NCBI GenBank assembly: GCA_963771465.1
Contig: CAVYTU010000009.1
Coordinates: 96,001-160,000 of the forward strand
Direction: 5' to 3'
DNA from: an uncultured delta proteobacterium
GTDB lineage: Bacteria; Desulfobacterota; Binatia; UBA9968
Length of the DNA stretch: 64,000 nt
Part shown: one piece after another, positions 21,571 to 32,069 of the stretch
Position numbering within the stretch: position 1 is the stretch's first letter
Layout of the letters: each line of letters opens with the position of its first letter
Notes under the pieces: generated by a model
Told to the model about the DNA's origin: nothing
What the model saw: only the letters and a program-made list of their open reading frames with translations
The model's database searches: none
Made by a program: the position numbers and the translations under genes

Positions 21571-21818
21571 GATTATGGTTTCCCTAAGATTTTCAGTCGC
21601 CGCAAGTATGGCATGGTCCGACGTTGAGATAAACGGCGCCGCGTAGTCTTACATCTCTACGTCAACGCGAAAGGTTTAGGGTATGTTATAGCGAGCCGAG
21701 CGACGAAGCTCGAAAGCGGATTACTTGCATTGAATGCGCAGCAATCAAAAATGAACAGCGGTAAACCGGAAAAATCTCTTCTTAGACTCGCATCAAATTC
21801 TCGCCAACTCTGAGCACC

Positions 21819-23135
21819 CTACACTGTCACTTCGGTCTGAAACATAGTTTCCCCGCCCGCACCGATGAACTCGATCCTGGCTTTACCGCCGGCGGGATCA
21901 ACATGCCACAGCCCGAAGTTATAGCCGTCGCCGTAATGAAATGTTCCAGCCTTCTGGTAGCGCGCCCGGGCTTCGGGATTATTTTTATAATGAGTGAAAG
22001 ACGCAATCGGCCCAGCCATGTATTCTCGCGTTCCGGTCTTTGGATTGCTCCAATCTCGCGCCAGATGGTAATCGCCGCTGAGAAAGATGATTCCGGCAAT
22101 TTTCTCAGCGCGGATAAAACTGGCAATTTCGCTGCGCTCGGTGGGGTACGAACCCCAGGTGTCTTCGCCACCGCCCTGAAAGGGAACAGAAGTTACGACG
22201 AATTTAAATGGTGCCCTCGATGCCTTGAGGGCGTCTTTTAGCCAACTCTTCTGCGCGGCTCCGAGCATGGTTTTTTCCGGACCATCCGCGGTTGCTTGCG
22301 GGGTACGAAATCGCCGCGTATCCAGGATGAAAAAATCCACGCCGGCCCAGTTGAATTGTCGGTACAAAGCATTTGGCACAACCCCAGTGCACGGCCAGAA
22401 TTCTTTAAAGACTTGAAATGCGTTATCCATGAACGGATTGAGACTGTGGCAGTTGTTCTCGGTTTCGTGATCGTCCCAAATTGCGTATGTTACATGGCGA
22501 GAAAAAAAATTCTGCAGGTGTGGATCTTTCCGGTTCGTCACGTGCTTGTTCCTATAGTGAGCCACTGAAGGCGCAAACGGTCGTTGACCCCGAAGGTCGG
22601 CATATATCGTATCGCCTAGATGCAGGAAGAAATCCGGCTGCTTACTATCGATTACGTCGAAGAGTTTAAACGGTTGATAGCTTTCGTCCATGTCGGCGCT
22701 GAACACAAATGTGAAAGGCACTGAATTAGACGGCGCCGTCTTGAATCGGCCGGGTTGTGACAGAGGCGTGCCGGATTCTGCCTCAACAACCCGGTAGGTC
22801 CATGTTTTCCCAGCCGCGAGTTGGGTCAAAGGTATAGTTGCGCAGAAGTCTGTTTTATTAGTTAAATCGGCCGATGGCCCCGAACTCATTTCTGTTGCGT
22901 TGGCTTCGCTTGTAAAATCCACTCGGACATGGCCCGCTCCCTCACCCTTCAGCCAAATCTGAACGGAGTTATGCGTCGCATCGAAAGCCGCAGGCTTGAA
23001 CGCAAGGGAAGCTGCTTCGACAGCGCGGGCGTGTGCAAGCGCGAGAGGTGCAGCGCTGGCAATGCGCAGGAACTCCCGCCGAGTATAGCCTGCAGAAGGA
23101 CGGTTCCTTGATCTCGGATTTTGATCCTGTGACAT
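21819..23135 (-). CDS. phoD: PhoD-family alkaline phosphatase (Tat-exported)
   Basis: TRREFL twin-arginine signal; HLGDTIYAD, WDDHE, LDTR, LSGDYH. Confidence 0.88.
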   Translation of the reverse strand: MSQDQNPRSRNRPSAGYTRREFLRIASAAPLALAHARAVEAASLAFKPAAFDATHNSVQIWLKGEGAGHVRVDFTSEANATEMSSGPSADLTNKTDFCATIPLTQLAAGKTWTYRVVEAESGTPLSQPGRFKTAPSNSVPFTFVFSADMDESYQPFKLFDVIDSKQPDFFLHLGDTIYADLRGQRPFAPSVAHYRNKHVTNRKDPHLQNFFSRHVTYAIWDDHETENNCHSLNPFMDNAFQVFKEFWPCTGVVPNALYRQFNWAGVDFFILDTRRFRTPQATADGPEKTMLGAAQKSWLKDALKASRAPFKFVVTSVPFQGGGEDTWGSYPTERSEIASFIRAEKIAGIIFLSGDYHLARDWSNPKTGTREYMAGPIASFTHYKNNPEARARYQKAGTFHYGDGYNFGLWHVDPAGGKARIEFIGAGGETMFQTEVTV

Positions 23136-23204
23136 TTCCGATTTTACGGCTTAGTCCAATTCGCTTTCGCAAGATTTGGTCCGAAAGCGTAAACGTCTTC
23201 GGCA

Positions 23205-24335
23205 TCAGCGTGCGCTGTTGCCGTTTCCGCTCAAGTCAAACAACCGCATCGCGTTGCCGCCGAGAACCTTCGCTTTGTTCTCGTCCGACAAGCTCGACAT
23301 CTTCTTGATCACATCGACCGTCCGTGGCCAGGTCGCCACGGCGTCGCCGTGGTCGAAGTCGCTACCAATGATGATGTTGTGATTGGGCCAGCCGTTGATG
23401 GTGTCGGCTATATACGTCTCCCACGAGACGCAGGCGATGTAGAACTGATCGAAATATTGGCTCGGCATTTTTTTGATGGCATTTTTGCCTTCAAAGAATT
23501 GCTGGACGGATACGGATATCCGGTCTTGGTTCGGCATATGCGCGTCGAGCGTGTGCATCAACCACGGCACCCAGCCGATGCCGCCTTCGAAGAAACCGAA
23601 TTTCAATGTTGGAAATCGATCGAGCACGCCGCCGAAGATCAAGCGCGCGACGCTGACCATGTAAGTCAGAGGAAAGCCGAGCGCGGTTGGGAAATGTTGA
23701 TAACCCTGAAAGCGTTCGCTGCCGACAAGCCAGGGATGACTGTGCTGGGCTTCATACACGCGGGCGGCGGGATGGAGCAAGATGGGAATGTTGAGATCGG
23801 CGATTTCTTCGTAGAGCGGAAACAACACTTCGCTGTCGAGATCGCCATCGCCCCAGCCGCCGTTGAACTTCACAGCCTTCAAGCCAAGTTCTTTCACTGC
23901 ACGGCGCAGTTCCTTGACCGATTCGTCGATGTCGGGCAAATAAATCCAGGCGCAGCCAATGAAGCGATCGTCGCCGTGAATGTCTTCGGCGACCGTGTCG
24001 TTGTAAGCGTGTGCCAGCTGGCGGCCTAACTCGGCATCGCACTCGTAAATCAACGGCCGGTTGTCGGGAATCAAAACTTGCACGTCGAAGCCGTCTTGCT
24101 TCATGAACTCGGCACGCAGCGAGAGGTTCCAGCGCCCTTCTTTGAACGAATGAACCTTTTTGCCGTCGCGATAATAGGTCGCGACCTTACCCGGCACGAC
24201 TTCGCCGTAGCGCATCATGTCGCCCTTGTCTTCGACGACTTCGAGGTGACCTTTTCCAGGATGCTTCACCTTGTCGATAAAGCGCAGCGGCCAATAGTGT
24301 GTATCACCGTCGATGTACATCTTATGCTCTCCCAA
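23205..24335 (-). CDS. Amidohydrolase family protein (Amidohydro_2)
   Basis: IDGDTH, ILLHP, FEGGIGW, GSDFDHGD, LGGNA. Confidence 0.9.
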   Translation of the reverse strand: MGEHKMYIDGDTHYWPLRFIDKVKHPGKGHLEVVEDKGDMMRYGEVVPGKVATYYRDGKKVHSFKEGRWNLSLRAEFMKQDGFDVQVLIPDNRPLIYECDAELGRQLAHAYNDTVAEDIHGDDRFIGCAWIYLPDIDESVKELRRAVKELGLKAVKFNGGWGDGDLDSEVLFPLYEEIADLNIPILLHPAARVYEAQHSHPWLVGSERFQGYQHFPTALGFPLTYMVSVARLIFGGVLDRFPTLKFGFFEGGIGWVPWLMHTLDAHMPNQDRISVSVQQFFEGKNAIKKMPSQYFDQFYIACVSWETYIADTINGWPNHNIIIGSDFDHGDAVATWPRTVDVIKKMSSLSDENKAKVLGGNAMRLFDLSGNGNSAR

Positions 24336-24397
24336 GGGTCCCCTATGCTCCGCGTTCTCGCCCGTTACTAAACACGATCACGAATCACGAACACGTT

Positions 24398-25411
24398 TTA
24401 TTTCACTCCGTACTTGGCCATCATCTCATCGATGAAGCCGCTTTGATCCAGTTTCTTGAGTATACGGTCGTCGATCAGGTTTTCGGGTTTGACGTTTTCG
24501 ACTTTTGGATTGGTGCGTTTCATCAGACGCACGACATTAGTCACTCCGGCGGCCGAGGCGTAGGGTTTACGGTCGAGACCGTTCACCATGTCTTTGTATC
24601 CTTCTTCCGCGTCTTTCTCCGTGATACGTAAATATTTTTGCAGGATCTTCAGCGTATTTGGCTTTTGTATCGGTGAAAGACAGAACGCCGCGCCTTCAAT
24701 GATCGCGCGCATCACGTTCTCGACAATCTGCGCATTTTTTTGAATGTAAGGTTCACGTGCGACAATCGATGAACTCAGGATCGGCAATTTTGCCTTGTCA
24801 AGTTCGGCGATAATCGGAAACCCCCTGGCGTGCAACGGCCGGCTCTGCACACCATCGAGCACGGTGGCGTCGAGTGTGCCGCTGGCCAGCGCTTGCGCGA
24901 GCACGGTTTGATCGCCAGCGGCTATGATGCTGATCTTGTCGCGATCGGGATCGAGGCCGAGATGCTCAAGCGCGAGAATCGCCCCCATCCACACCGTGCC
25001 GCCGATCGCTTGCACGCCGAACTTTTTGCCGCGCAAATCTTCTGGGGATTTAATTCCCGGCCGGGCGACTAAATCGTAGGTCACGCGATTGGTGAGCGCC
25101 GACAAAACTTTCAAGTCTGCACCCGAGGCCACGGCGCCGATGACCGCGGTACCGCCGGTGTAACCGATTTCGATTTCATTGGAGGCCATGGCCGACACCA
25201 AGGTCGGCGCGCCACGCACAAACAAGGTCTCGGCGTCGAAGCCGTACTTGGTGAAGAAGCCGCGCTCGCGCGGTGCCCAGAGCGGACAGACGCGCGCGTT
25301 CATCGCAGCGTACGCGATGACAAGCTTCTTTCCCGCTGCGGCGGCGAATACGCCTTCGTGAGCGCTTAGGACACCGAGAACGAAGGCGATCGCCAAAATC
25401 AAGCTAGTCAT
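24398..25411 (-). CDS. NMT1/SsuA-type ABC substrate-binding protein
   Basis: Signal peptide, GFFTKYG, DLRGKKFGV. Confidence 0.88.
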   Translation of the reverse strand: MTSLILAIAFVLGVLSAHEGVFAAAAGKKLVIAYAAMNARVCPLWAPRERGFFTKYGFDAETLFVRGAPTLVSAMASNEIEIGYTGGTAVIGAVASGADLKVLSALTNRVTYDLVARPGIKSPEDLRGKKFGVQAIGGTVWMGAILALEHLGLDPDRDKISIIAAGDQTVLAQALASGTLDATVLDGVQSRPLHARGFPIIAELDKAKLPILSSSIVAREPYIQKNAQIVENVMRAIIEGAAFCLSPIQKPNTLKILQKYLRITEKDAEEGYKDMVNGLDRKPYASAAGVTNVVRLMKRTNPKVENVKPENLIDDRILKKLDQSGFIDEMMAKYGVK

Positions 25412-25501
25412 GCGGCCTCCTATCGCACCGTAGAAACGCTTCGCGTCACGAAGCCAAGATCTTTCACTATCTGGAATGACCAGATTCAGTAGTCAGAACG
25501 G

Positions 25502-26593
25502 TCAAAGTCCCAGCGCTAACAAATTGATCGCATTTTCGCCGAGCACCTTGCGCTTGTTCTCCTGAGATATCTTCGTACTCTTCGCTACTGGACCGGTTAC
25601 TTGTCCGGGCACGGACGAGTCCCAGTGCGGCGAGTCGGTGGCGAGCACCAAACGATCGCCGCCTAAATATTCCACCGCCCATTCGAACAAGCCGTCCTCG
25701 AAGGGCTCGCAGCCGACGTAAACACTCTGGTTGAAAATGTCGCTCGGCTTGCGCTTCTGCCACGGTACTAGATGAGGAAGCTTCTCGAAATGCTCGTCCA
25801 TGCGGGAAATCCACCAGGGCATCTGCGACGCGCCGGTTTCAAGACAAATAATTTTTAACTTCGGATGTTTTTCCATCACGCCACCGCATAGGTAAACCAT
25901 CAGACAAACCATGCTTTCGATGGTGCGCCCGACCATATGAGAGAAGAAAAAATTATCAGCAAACCGCTCGTGTCCCATGGAGCCAGTCTTGGTGTCGTGA
26001 AAAATGATCGGCGTGTTGGTCTTCTCCAGTTCTTCGAAGATCGGGTCGAAGTGTGGATCAGTCCATTCTTTGCCGGGTATCGGTGTGGCTTTGACATTGA
26101 GTGCCTTGCTGCCAAGCTCGCGCGAACGATGGAGCTCCTTGATCGCCTCTTTGGGATCTTGCAACGGAATCACGCCGGCCCACATGAGACGGCCCGGCTG
26201 CTGCGAGGCGTAATCGTTCATGTAATTATTCTGCGCCCGTGCGTAGGCGGCCGCGAGCTCGGCGTCATTGACAAACCAGAGGATATCGAGGGCCGGCGAG
26301 TTGGGCGATAATACGGCGACGTCGATGCCATCCAAGTCCATGTTGCGCACACGCCCCTGCGGCGTCAGATCGGCGGGCGTTACCCACTCTTTCTTTTCCG
26401 CTTTCTGCCGGCCCAGCTCCGAGCCGATCATGATTTGATTGCCGACCAGTGTCTTGCGCCGCTCGTTGTCCTTGGTCGGCAGCTTGCGTGGCAAGAATTC
26501 TTTGAACTTCGCCTCGACCGTCTGATCCCAACTCTCCAAATCACCGACCAAATGACTGTCGAGATCGATCACCTTCATGCCGTCGATGGCCAT
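25502..26593 (-). CDS. Amidohydrolase family protein
   Basis: IDLDSH, MDLDGIDVAVL, ATDSPHWD, LGENA. Confidence 0.9.
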   Translation of the reverse strand: MAIDGMKVIDLDSHLVGDLESWDQTVEAKFKEFLPRKLPTKDNERRKTLVGNQIMIGSELGRQKAEKKEWVTPADLTPQGRVRNMDLDGIDVAVLSPNSPALDILWFVNDAELAAAYARAQNNYMNDYASQQPGRLMWAGVIPLQDPKEAIKELHRSRELGSKALNVKATPIPGKEWTDPHFDPIFEELEKTNTPIIFHDTKTGSMGHERFADNFFFSHMVGRTIESMVCLMVYLCGGVMEKHPKLKIICLETGASQMPWWISRMDEHFEKLPHLVPWQKRKPSDIFNQSVYVGCEPFEDGLFEWAVEYLGGDRLVLATDSPHWDSSVPGQVTGPVAKSTKISQENKRKVLGENAINLLALGL

Positions 26594-26621
26594 AATATCC
26601 TCCCGTGTTATGTTTCGTCGC

Positions 26622-27650
26622 TTATTTGATTGCCGACTTTACGCCGAATTGCTGATCTAGGAAACCGTTCTTTTCGAACTCGCGAAGCATACTCTCGTCG
26701 ATCAGTTTTTCGAGATTGAGTTCGGCGATTTTTGGATTTCGCAGTTTCATGAAGCGCTGTATGTTCTTCAATCCATCGACACCGACGTAGGGTTTACGCA
26801 CCACGCCGCTAACGTAATCCTCGTAGCCATCGGCGGCGGTGCTCGGATCGCTCAAGCCCAAGCGCTTCGAGAGTATCTCTGTGACGCTCGCTTTGTTTGC
26901 CGAATTCAATACGTAGGCATGCCCCTCGACCAAACTACGCAGAACGTTTTTGCTGATCGCTGCTTGATTGTGAAGATAATCGGCCTTAACCACTAACCCC
27001 GTTCCCGTGAGTGGAATCTTATCGGGTTCGCCAGGAACCCAGTAACCCGCTCTGGCTAATTTCCGGCTAAAGACACCGGCCAGCGCCCCGCCCTGAATCG
27101 TCCCGCTCTCGAGCGCCTGGGAGATCACCCGTTGGTCGCCGAAGGAGGTGAGTTGCATTTTGTCGCGTTCGGCATTGATGCCGATTTGCTCCAATATCAA
27201 TAGCGCCGACATCCAGCCGGTGCCGCCGATACTCGTGACACCGACCCGTTTGCCTCTGAGCTCCGCCGCGGTCTTGATCTCGGGGCGCGTCACGAGTTCG
27301 CTCTGTACGCGGTTGGCGAACGCGGCAATCATCCTAACGTCGAGGCCGGCGACGGCAGCGCCCAATGTCGCCGTACCGCCGGTAAATCCAAAATGGACAT
27401 CACCGGTATTGAGTGAAGCGATTAAAGTCGGTGAGCCGGGAATGAACACCAACTGAGCATCGACGTTGTTTTTTGCGAAAAAGCCTCTGTCTTGCGCCGC
27501 CCAAAGGGTTAACACTACCGAACTCATGGACGCGTGACCAATCACAACTTTGGCCCGCGTCTGAGCGTGACCTTCATTGTATGTAAGCGCGAGCGCGATA
27601 AAAACAAAAATAGTAAGAAAGCGTCGATAGGTCATGTTTACCTTCTTCAC
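26622..27650 (-). CDS. NMT1/SsuA-type ABC substrate-binding protein
   Basis: Signal peptide, GFFAKN, ELRGKRVGV; paralogous to 24398-25411. Confidence 0.88.
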   Translation of the reverse strand: MKKVNMTYRRFLTIFVFIALALTYNEGHAQTRAKVVIGHASMSSVVLTLWAAQDRGFFAKNNVDAQLVFIPGSPTLIASLNTGDVHFGFTGGTATLGAAVAGLDVRMIAAFANRVQSELVTRPEIKTAAELRGKRVGVTSIGGTGWMSALLILEQIGINAERDKMQLTSFGDQRVISQALESGTIQGGALAGVFSRKLARAGYWVPGEPDKIPLTGTGLVVKADYLHNQAAISKNVLRSLVEGHAYVLNSANKASVTEILSKRLGLSDPSTAADGYEDYVSGVVRKPYVGVDGLKNIQRFMKLRNPKIAELNLEKLIDESMLREFEKNGFLDQQFGVKSAIK

Positions 27651-27833
27651 TGAACGATTCTCCCCTTCCCGATAACAAAACGCCTATGCGCCGTCAAATC
27701 TGACGCCGTAGCTCAAATCGAATGGATGGCCGATAGTACATGGGCGTTGTGATTGAATACAAGAAAGGAAATCTAACTTGACTTTGACCCGCGAGCGGAT
27801 GTATTCGCAAAGCCTCAAAGGAGTCGGCTGCTA

Positions 27834-28865
27834 ATGAAAACGAAATGGACTTGCGCGCTGATCTTCCTGATTTATTTTTGCTGGCCACACGCTGCCTACG
27901 CCAATCCCTATTTGGCCAAGGCCGGTGAAGCGCCTGTGACCGTGCGCGTCGCGGCTTGTGCGATCACCGGCGGGTTCATCCATCTCTATGCTGCCCTCGA
28001 CAATGGACTGTTCGACAAGTACGGCATGAAGGTCGAGTTCGTCTCGATCCGCGGCAGCGGCGTATCTCTGGCCGCCCTGGCGGCTGACGAAGTTCAGTTT
28101 CTCTACTGCGCCGCCGACGCGACGATTCCGGGCATGGCTTCCGGTAGCGATGCCAAGCTGATCGCTGCGCCGCTGATCGGATTGCCCTGGGTCTTGCTCA
28201 CCCGCAAAGACATCAAGCGGCCCGAAGAGTTGAAAGGCAAAAGCATCGCAGTAACGCGGCCCGGCGATCTGACCTTTCGTCTGGCGCGGGCGCTGCTCAA
28301 GAAATTTAATCTCAGCGAAAGCGACGTGAAGATCCTGACCGTCGGCGGCACGGGTCAAGTGGAGCCATTCAACGCACTGCGCTCCGGTTTCGCCGAAGCT
28401 GCGCTGGTCACTCCACCGCTCGATGTGCGCGGGCGGCGTGATGGTTTCAGCTTGATCTACCGGCTCAACGATCTCGGTTTACCGGCGGTTTACAGTTCGC
28501 TCCACACGAACGCCAAGACCTTGCGCGAACGGCCGCTGTTGGCGCAAAAATGGGTCGCGGCGTTAGCGGACTCGATTCAGTTCGTCGAGAAAAATCCCGA
28601 CCGAGGCAAGGCCGCAGTCGGCAAAGCGTTGAAGCTAAACGACGCCGACGCGCTGCAATCGGCCTACGACGCCTATGCCAAGTTACTCGTCAACCGACGC
28701 TTATCGGTGCCGGAGACGAGTGTTGCCGGCGTCATCGAGGTCGCCCGTGAACAGGGAACCAGTATTCGCCGCAAGGCCAGCGAGATGACCGACAATCGAT
28801 TTGCCGAGGATTTGGAAAAGAGCGGTTTTCTCAAAGAGCTTTGGGGCGCCGAGATCGGACGTTAA
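27834..28865 (+). CDS. NMT1/SsuA-type ABC substrate-binding protein
   Basis: Signal peptide, GLFDKYG, ELKGKSIAV. Confidence 0.88.
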   Translation: MKTKWTCALIFLIYFCWPHAAYANPYLAKAGEAPVTVRVAACAITGGFIHLYAALDNGLFDKYGMKVEFVSIRGSGVSLAALAADEVQFLYCAADATIPGMASGSDAKLIAAPLIGLPWVLLTRKDIKRPEELKGKSIAVTRPGDLTFRLARALLKKFNLSESDVKILTVGGTGQVEPFNALRSGFAEAALVTPPLDVRGRRDGFSLIYRLNDLGLPAVYSSLHTNAKTLRERPLLAQKWVAALADSIQFVEKNPDRGKAAVGKALKLNDADALQSAYDAYAKLLVNRRLSVPETSVAGVIEVAREQGTSIRRKASEMTDNRFAEDLEKSGFLKELWGAEIGR

Positions 28866-28876
28866 AGGAGACTCTC

Positions 28877-29842
28877 ATGAATCAGCGATTGCTAATTTTT
28901 GCCGCGCTGGCGCTGTGCACTTTTTCCCCAAATAGCCTACGAGCTCAGAGTTATCCGAAGCAAGCGATCAATCTGATTATTCCTCTCGCTCCCGGCGATG
29001 CCACCGATGTAGCCGGCCGCACCATCGGCGAAGGTCTATCTAAACTTCTTAAAGTTCCCGTCGTCGCGGTCAATCGGCCTGGCGCCGGCGCAACCCTCGG
29101 CACCGATAGCGCCGTGAAAGCGCCGAAGGATGGTTACACGATCCTGATCACCAACAACGCAGCATTGGTGTTTAATCGCATTTTGACACCCGAGACCGTT
29201 CCCTACGATCCGTTCAAAGATCTCACGCCGATCGGCATGGCCGTTCGCACGCCGATCATCCTCGCGGTACACAAAGACGTGCCGTTCAAAAATTTCGCCG
29301 AGATGGCCGAGTACGGTAAGAAGAATCCGGGCAACATCCGCATCGGCACTGTCGGCCCCGGTTCGGTCGGCCATTTCACCGTCGAGATCGTCAACTCGCT
29401 GAGTACTGCCGACATGACGATGATCCCGTTCAAAGGCGCCGGACCTGCGGTGACGGCAGCGCTAGGCGGTCACATCGAGGGCGCCGCCGCGGCTCAAGGC
29501 GTCGTCGCCGAACATCTCAAAGCTGGAACCATGAGAGGCATCGTCGCATCCACGAAAATGGCCGAGTTCCCGCAGATACCGACGCTGGCACAGTTGGGAC
29601 ACAAGCAAAATTTACTTGGCGTCTGGTCGGCATTCTTCGCGCCCGCAGGTGTGCCGCCGGAGGTGGCAAAAATATTGATCGCGGCGCTGGAGAAAGTGAT
29701 GAAGGACCCGGCAGTCACTGCCCGGCTAACGAACCTGGGAATGGTCGCCGATTACGAACCGCCGGAGAAGCTAATTGCAGAAATCCGCGAAGAGCATCGC
29801 ACCGTCGAGCAAATCGCAAAAAAGGCCGGACTGATTAAATAG
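28877..29842 (+). CDS. Tripartite tricarboxylate transporter substrate-binding protein (Bug/TctC)
   Basis: YPKQAINLIIP..PG..D, NRPGAG, DGYTIL, PFKG.GP, PAGVP. Confidence 0.92.
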   Translation: MNQRLLIFAALALCTFSPNSLRAQSYPKQAINLIIPLAPGDATDVAGRTIGEGLSKLLKVPVVAVNRPGAGATLGTDSAVKAPKDGYTILITNNAALVFNRILTPETVPYDPFKDLTPIGMAVRTPIILAVHKDVPFKNFAEMAEYGKKNPGNIRIGTVGPGSVGHFTVEIVNSLSTADMTMIPFKGAGPAVTAALGGHIEGAAAAQGVVAEHLKAGTMRGIVASTKMAEFPQIPTLAQLGHKQNLLGVWSAFFAPAGVPPEVAKILIAALEKVMKDPAVTARLTNLGMVADYEPPEKLIAEIREEHRTVEQIAKKAGLIK

Positions 29843-29877
29843 CCCTCCCTCCTGACCCTACGAAACGCAGAAAAAGA

Positions 29878-29913
29878 AAGCGCCTGGCGGCTTTCAAGAC
29901 CGTCCAGGCGCTT
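29878..29913 (-). terminator. Hairpin terminator between convergent genes
   Basis: AAGCGCCTGG..CCAGGCGCTT inverted repeat with a T-rich tail on the minus strand. Confidence 0.7.
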
Positions 29914-29939
29914 GGTTGAATTCTAAAACGATAACGCAT

Positions 29940-31034
29940 TTACAGATTCAGCAGCTTCGCCGCATTCTCGCCGAGAATCTTATCTTTCTGCTTCGACGTC
30001 AAATCTGTCCGCTCCCGAATTCCCGATACGGTGTGAGGGAATTCCGAATCGAAGTGCGGATAGTCGGTGGCCATCAAAATATGGTCTTCGCCGACTTCCT
30101 TGAGCGATTGGCTCATGTCGCCTTCGTCCGCTTCGCAAGTGACGTAGCAGTTTCGCTTCACATATTCCGAGGGCGGCATTTTGAGCTGGCCGGAGATCTG
30201 CGGGAAGTCTTTGGCCCACTCCCAGTCCTCATCCATGCGATGCATCCAGAAAAGCGGCCATTCAGTGCTGCACTCGAAGAACGCTACCTTGAGCTTGGGA
30301 AACATTTCGAACACGCCGCCGAGCACCAGCGCCACCAGCGCCGGCGTGCAGTTCATCACCCGGCCCAAGACATGAGTTTTGAAAAAGTTGTCGAAGCGGT
30401 CGGTGATCTCGCCATTGCTATTGGGATGGCAGAACAGCGGCACGCCCAACTCTTCGGCGGCCTGATAGTAGGGATAGAAGCTCGGGTGGTCGAGGTTGCG
30501 CCTGCCGATATAGGGAACCAGGTGCGACGCCTTGAAGCCGAGTTTCTGCACGCAACGGCGCAATTCGTTGGCCATCTCCTCGGGGCAACCGGCGGGCGCC
30601 ATCGCCACCGGCAAGAAAGTGTCTTCATGTCCTTTGACGAGTTTTTTGACCCAGTTGTTGTACGACTGCGCGCAAGCCAGACCGAGCCCGCCGACGTTTT
30701 CCGTGGCGATGCTGATGCCAGTGGCAAAGAGAATTTGTTTATCGATCCCCTCTTTCTTGATATCGTTGAAGCGAAATTCCATGTCGTGACCGGCGATCTG
30801 GCGCGCGGCGATTTCGCCGTTGCGCCAGTTGACCTTGGGATCGTAAATATACGGATGTTTGTGCGCCGCGCGACCCTGCGGGTCGCCGGGATCGAGCTGA
30901 TGCACCCACTTGGTATTATGATTTCGGCCTTCGCCGGATTTCTGCGGCGTGAAGCGCGCATAGGGTTCCGGCAGATTGAAAACCTCGTCCATGAAGTAGC
31001 CTTCACGCAAATGAGAATCTAGATCGATAATCAT
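29940..31034 (-). CDS. Amidohydrolase family protein
   Basis: IDLDSH, PLFCHP, ATDYPHFD, LGENA. Confidence 0.9.
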   Translation of the reverse strand: MIIDLDSHLREGYFMDEVFNLPEPYARFTPQKSGEGRNHNTKWVHQLDPGDPQGRAAHKHPYIYDPKVNWRNGEIAARQIAGHDMEFRFNDIKKEGIDKQILFATGISIATENVGGLGLACAQSYNNWVKKLVKGHEDTFLPVAMAPAGCPEEMANELRRCVQKLGFKASHLVPYIGRRNLDHPSFYPYYQAAEELGVPLFCHPNSNGEITDRFDNFFKTHVLGRVMNCTPALVALVLGGVFEMFPKLKVAFFECSTEWPLFWMHRMDEDWEWAKDFPQISGQLKMPPSEYVKRNCYVTCEADEGDMSQSLKEVGEDHILMATDYPHFDSEFPHTVSGIRERTDLTSKQKDKILGENAAKLLNL

Positions 31035-31078
31035 AGATCACCTCCTCGGGTTAACTTTGTCGTTTCAGCCAACTCTCC

Positions 31079-32026
31079 CTATTTTGATAAGGCTTTGATA
31101 AAGCTGCGATCAACCATTTCCTCCGCGGTGATTTTTCGCTTCAGCCTGCCGGTGCGAAACTCCTCTTCGATGACCGTCGGAATGACCTTTTCGGCGATCT
31201 GACCGTTGAGCGGAAAGGACTCGCGGTACTCGTCATATCCCGCCGGCGCGTAGGCCGGATCCATCTTGACGTATTTACGGATCGCCCGGATACCGTCGTC
31301 TTTATTCTCAACGGTATGTTTTACGCCGCGCTGGTAAGCGCGCAAAAATTTGGTTGCGTCGGTTTTCTCTTTAGCCAACCAAGTCTCCCGCGCGGCGAAA
31401 GTTTCGTAGGGCCATTCCGGGAAAATCGTTTTCAAATCGAAAAGCTTGCGAAATCCTTGGCTCTTGGCGATTTCGGTCACCGGAAACCACATCACCGAAG
31501 CGTCCACCGCTCCGGCGCTGAGGGCGGCAAAGCGCGCCGGCGTGCTGCCGATCTGAAGAATGGTCACATCCTTGGGATCGACGCCATGGTGCTGAAGCGT
31601 TGCCCGGGTGAGGAAATCAGTCAACGAGCCAAAGCGGCTGATGGCGAAGCGCTTGCCTCTGGAGTCTTTCAAAGAGGCTAATTTCGGACTCGCATAAAGC
31701 TCGAAGGGCATCAAGTTGCAGATGCCCCAGAAGTTCTTGATATCGAAACCTGCCGCTCTACCGCCTAGAGTCTCGACGAACGCACTGCCCATGATCTGAA
31801 TGTCGCCGCCCATCAGGGACTGCAAATTCGTCGAGCCGGCGTTGAACATGACAAACAAAACATCCAGGCCTTCGTCCTTGAAGAAGCCCTTTTCCTGGGC
31901 TACATACACCGGCAGAAATGCGATGTTGACCGAGGACAGACCGACAATGATCTTGGCCGAAGCGGGGTTTGGCAGAACGGCGAGCCATAACCAAGCTAGC
32001 ATTGCTAAGCATCGAGTCGCTTTCAT
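31079..32026 (-). CDS. NMT1/SsuA-type ABC substrate-binding protein
   Basis: AAGGAG RBS, signal peptide, EKGFFKDEGLDV. Confidence 0.88.
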   Translation of the reverse strand: MKATRCLAMLAWLWLAVLPNPASAKIIVGLSSVNIAFLPVYVAQEKGFFKDEGLDVLFVMFNAGSTNLQSLMGGDIQIMGSAFVETLGGRAAGFDIKNFWGICNLMPFELYASPKLASLKDSRGKRFAISRFGSLTDFLTRATLQHHGVDPKDVTILQIGSTPARFAALSAGAVDASVMWFPVTEIAKSQGFRKLFDLKTIFPEWPYETFAARETWLAKEKTDATKFLRAYQRGVKHTVENKDDGIRAIRKYVKMDPAYAPAGYDEYRESFPLNGQIAEKVIPTVIEEEFRTGRLKRKITAEEMVDRSFIKALSK

Positions 32027-32069
32027 GGGATTGCTCCTTTTGACCAGCGCCTCATACATACGACGGAAA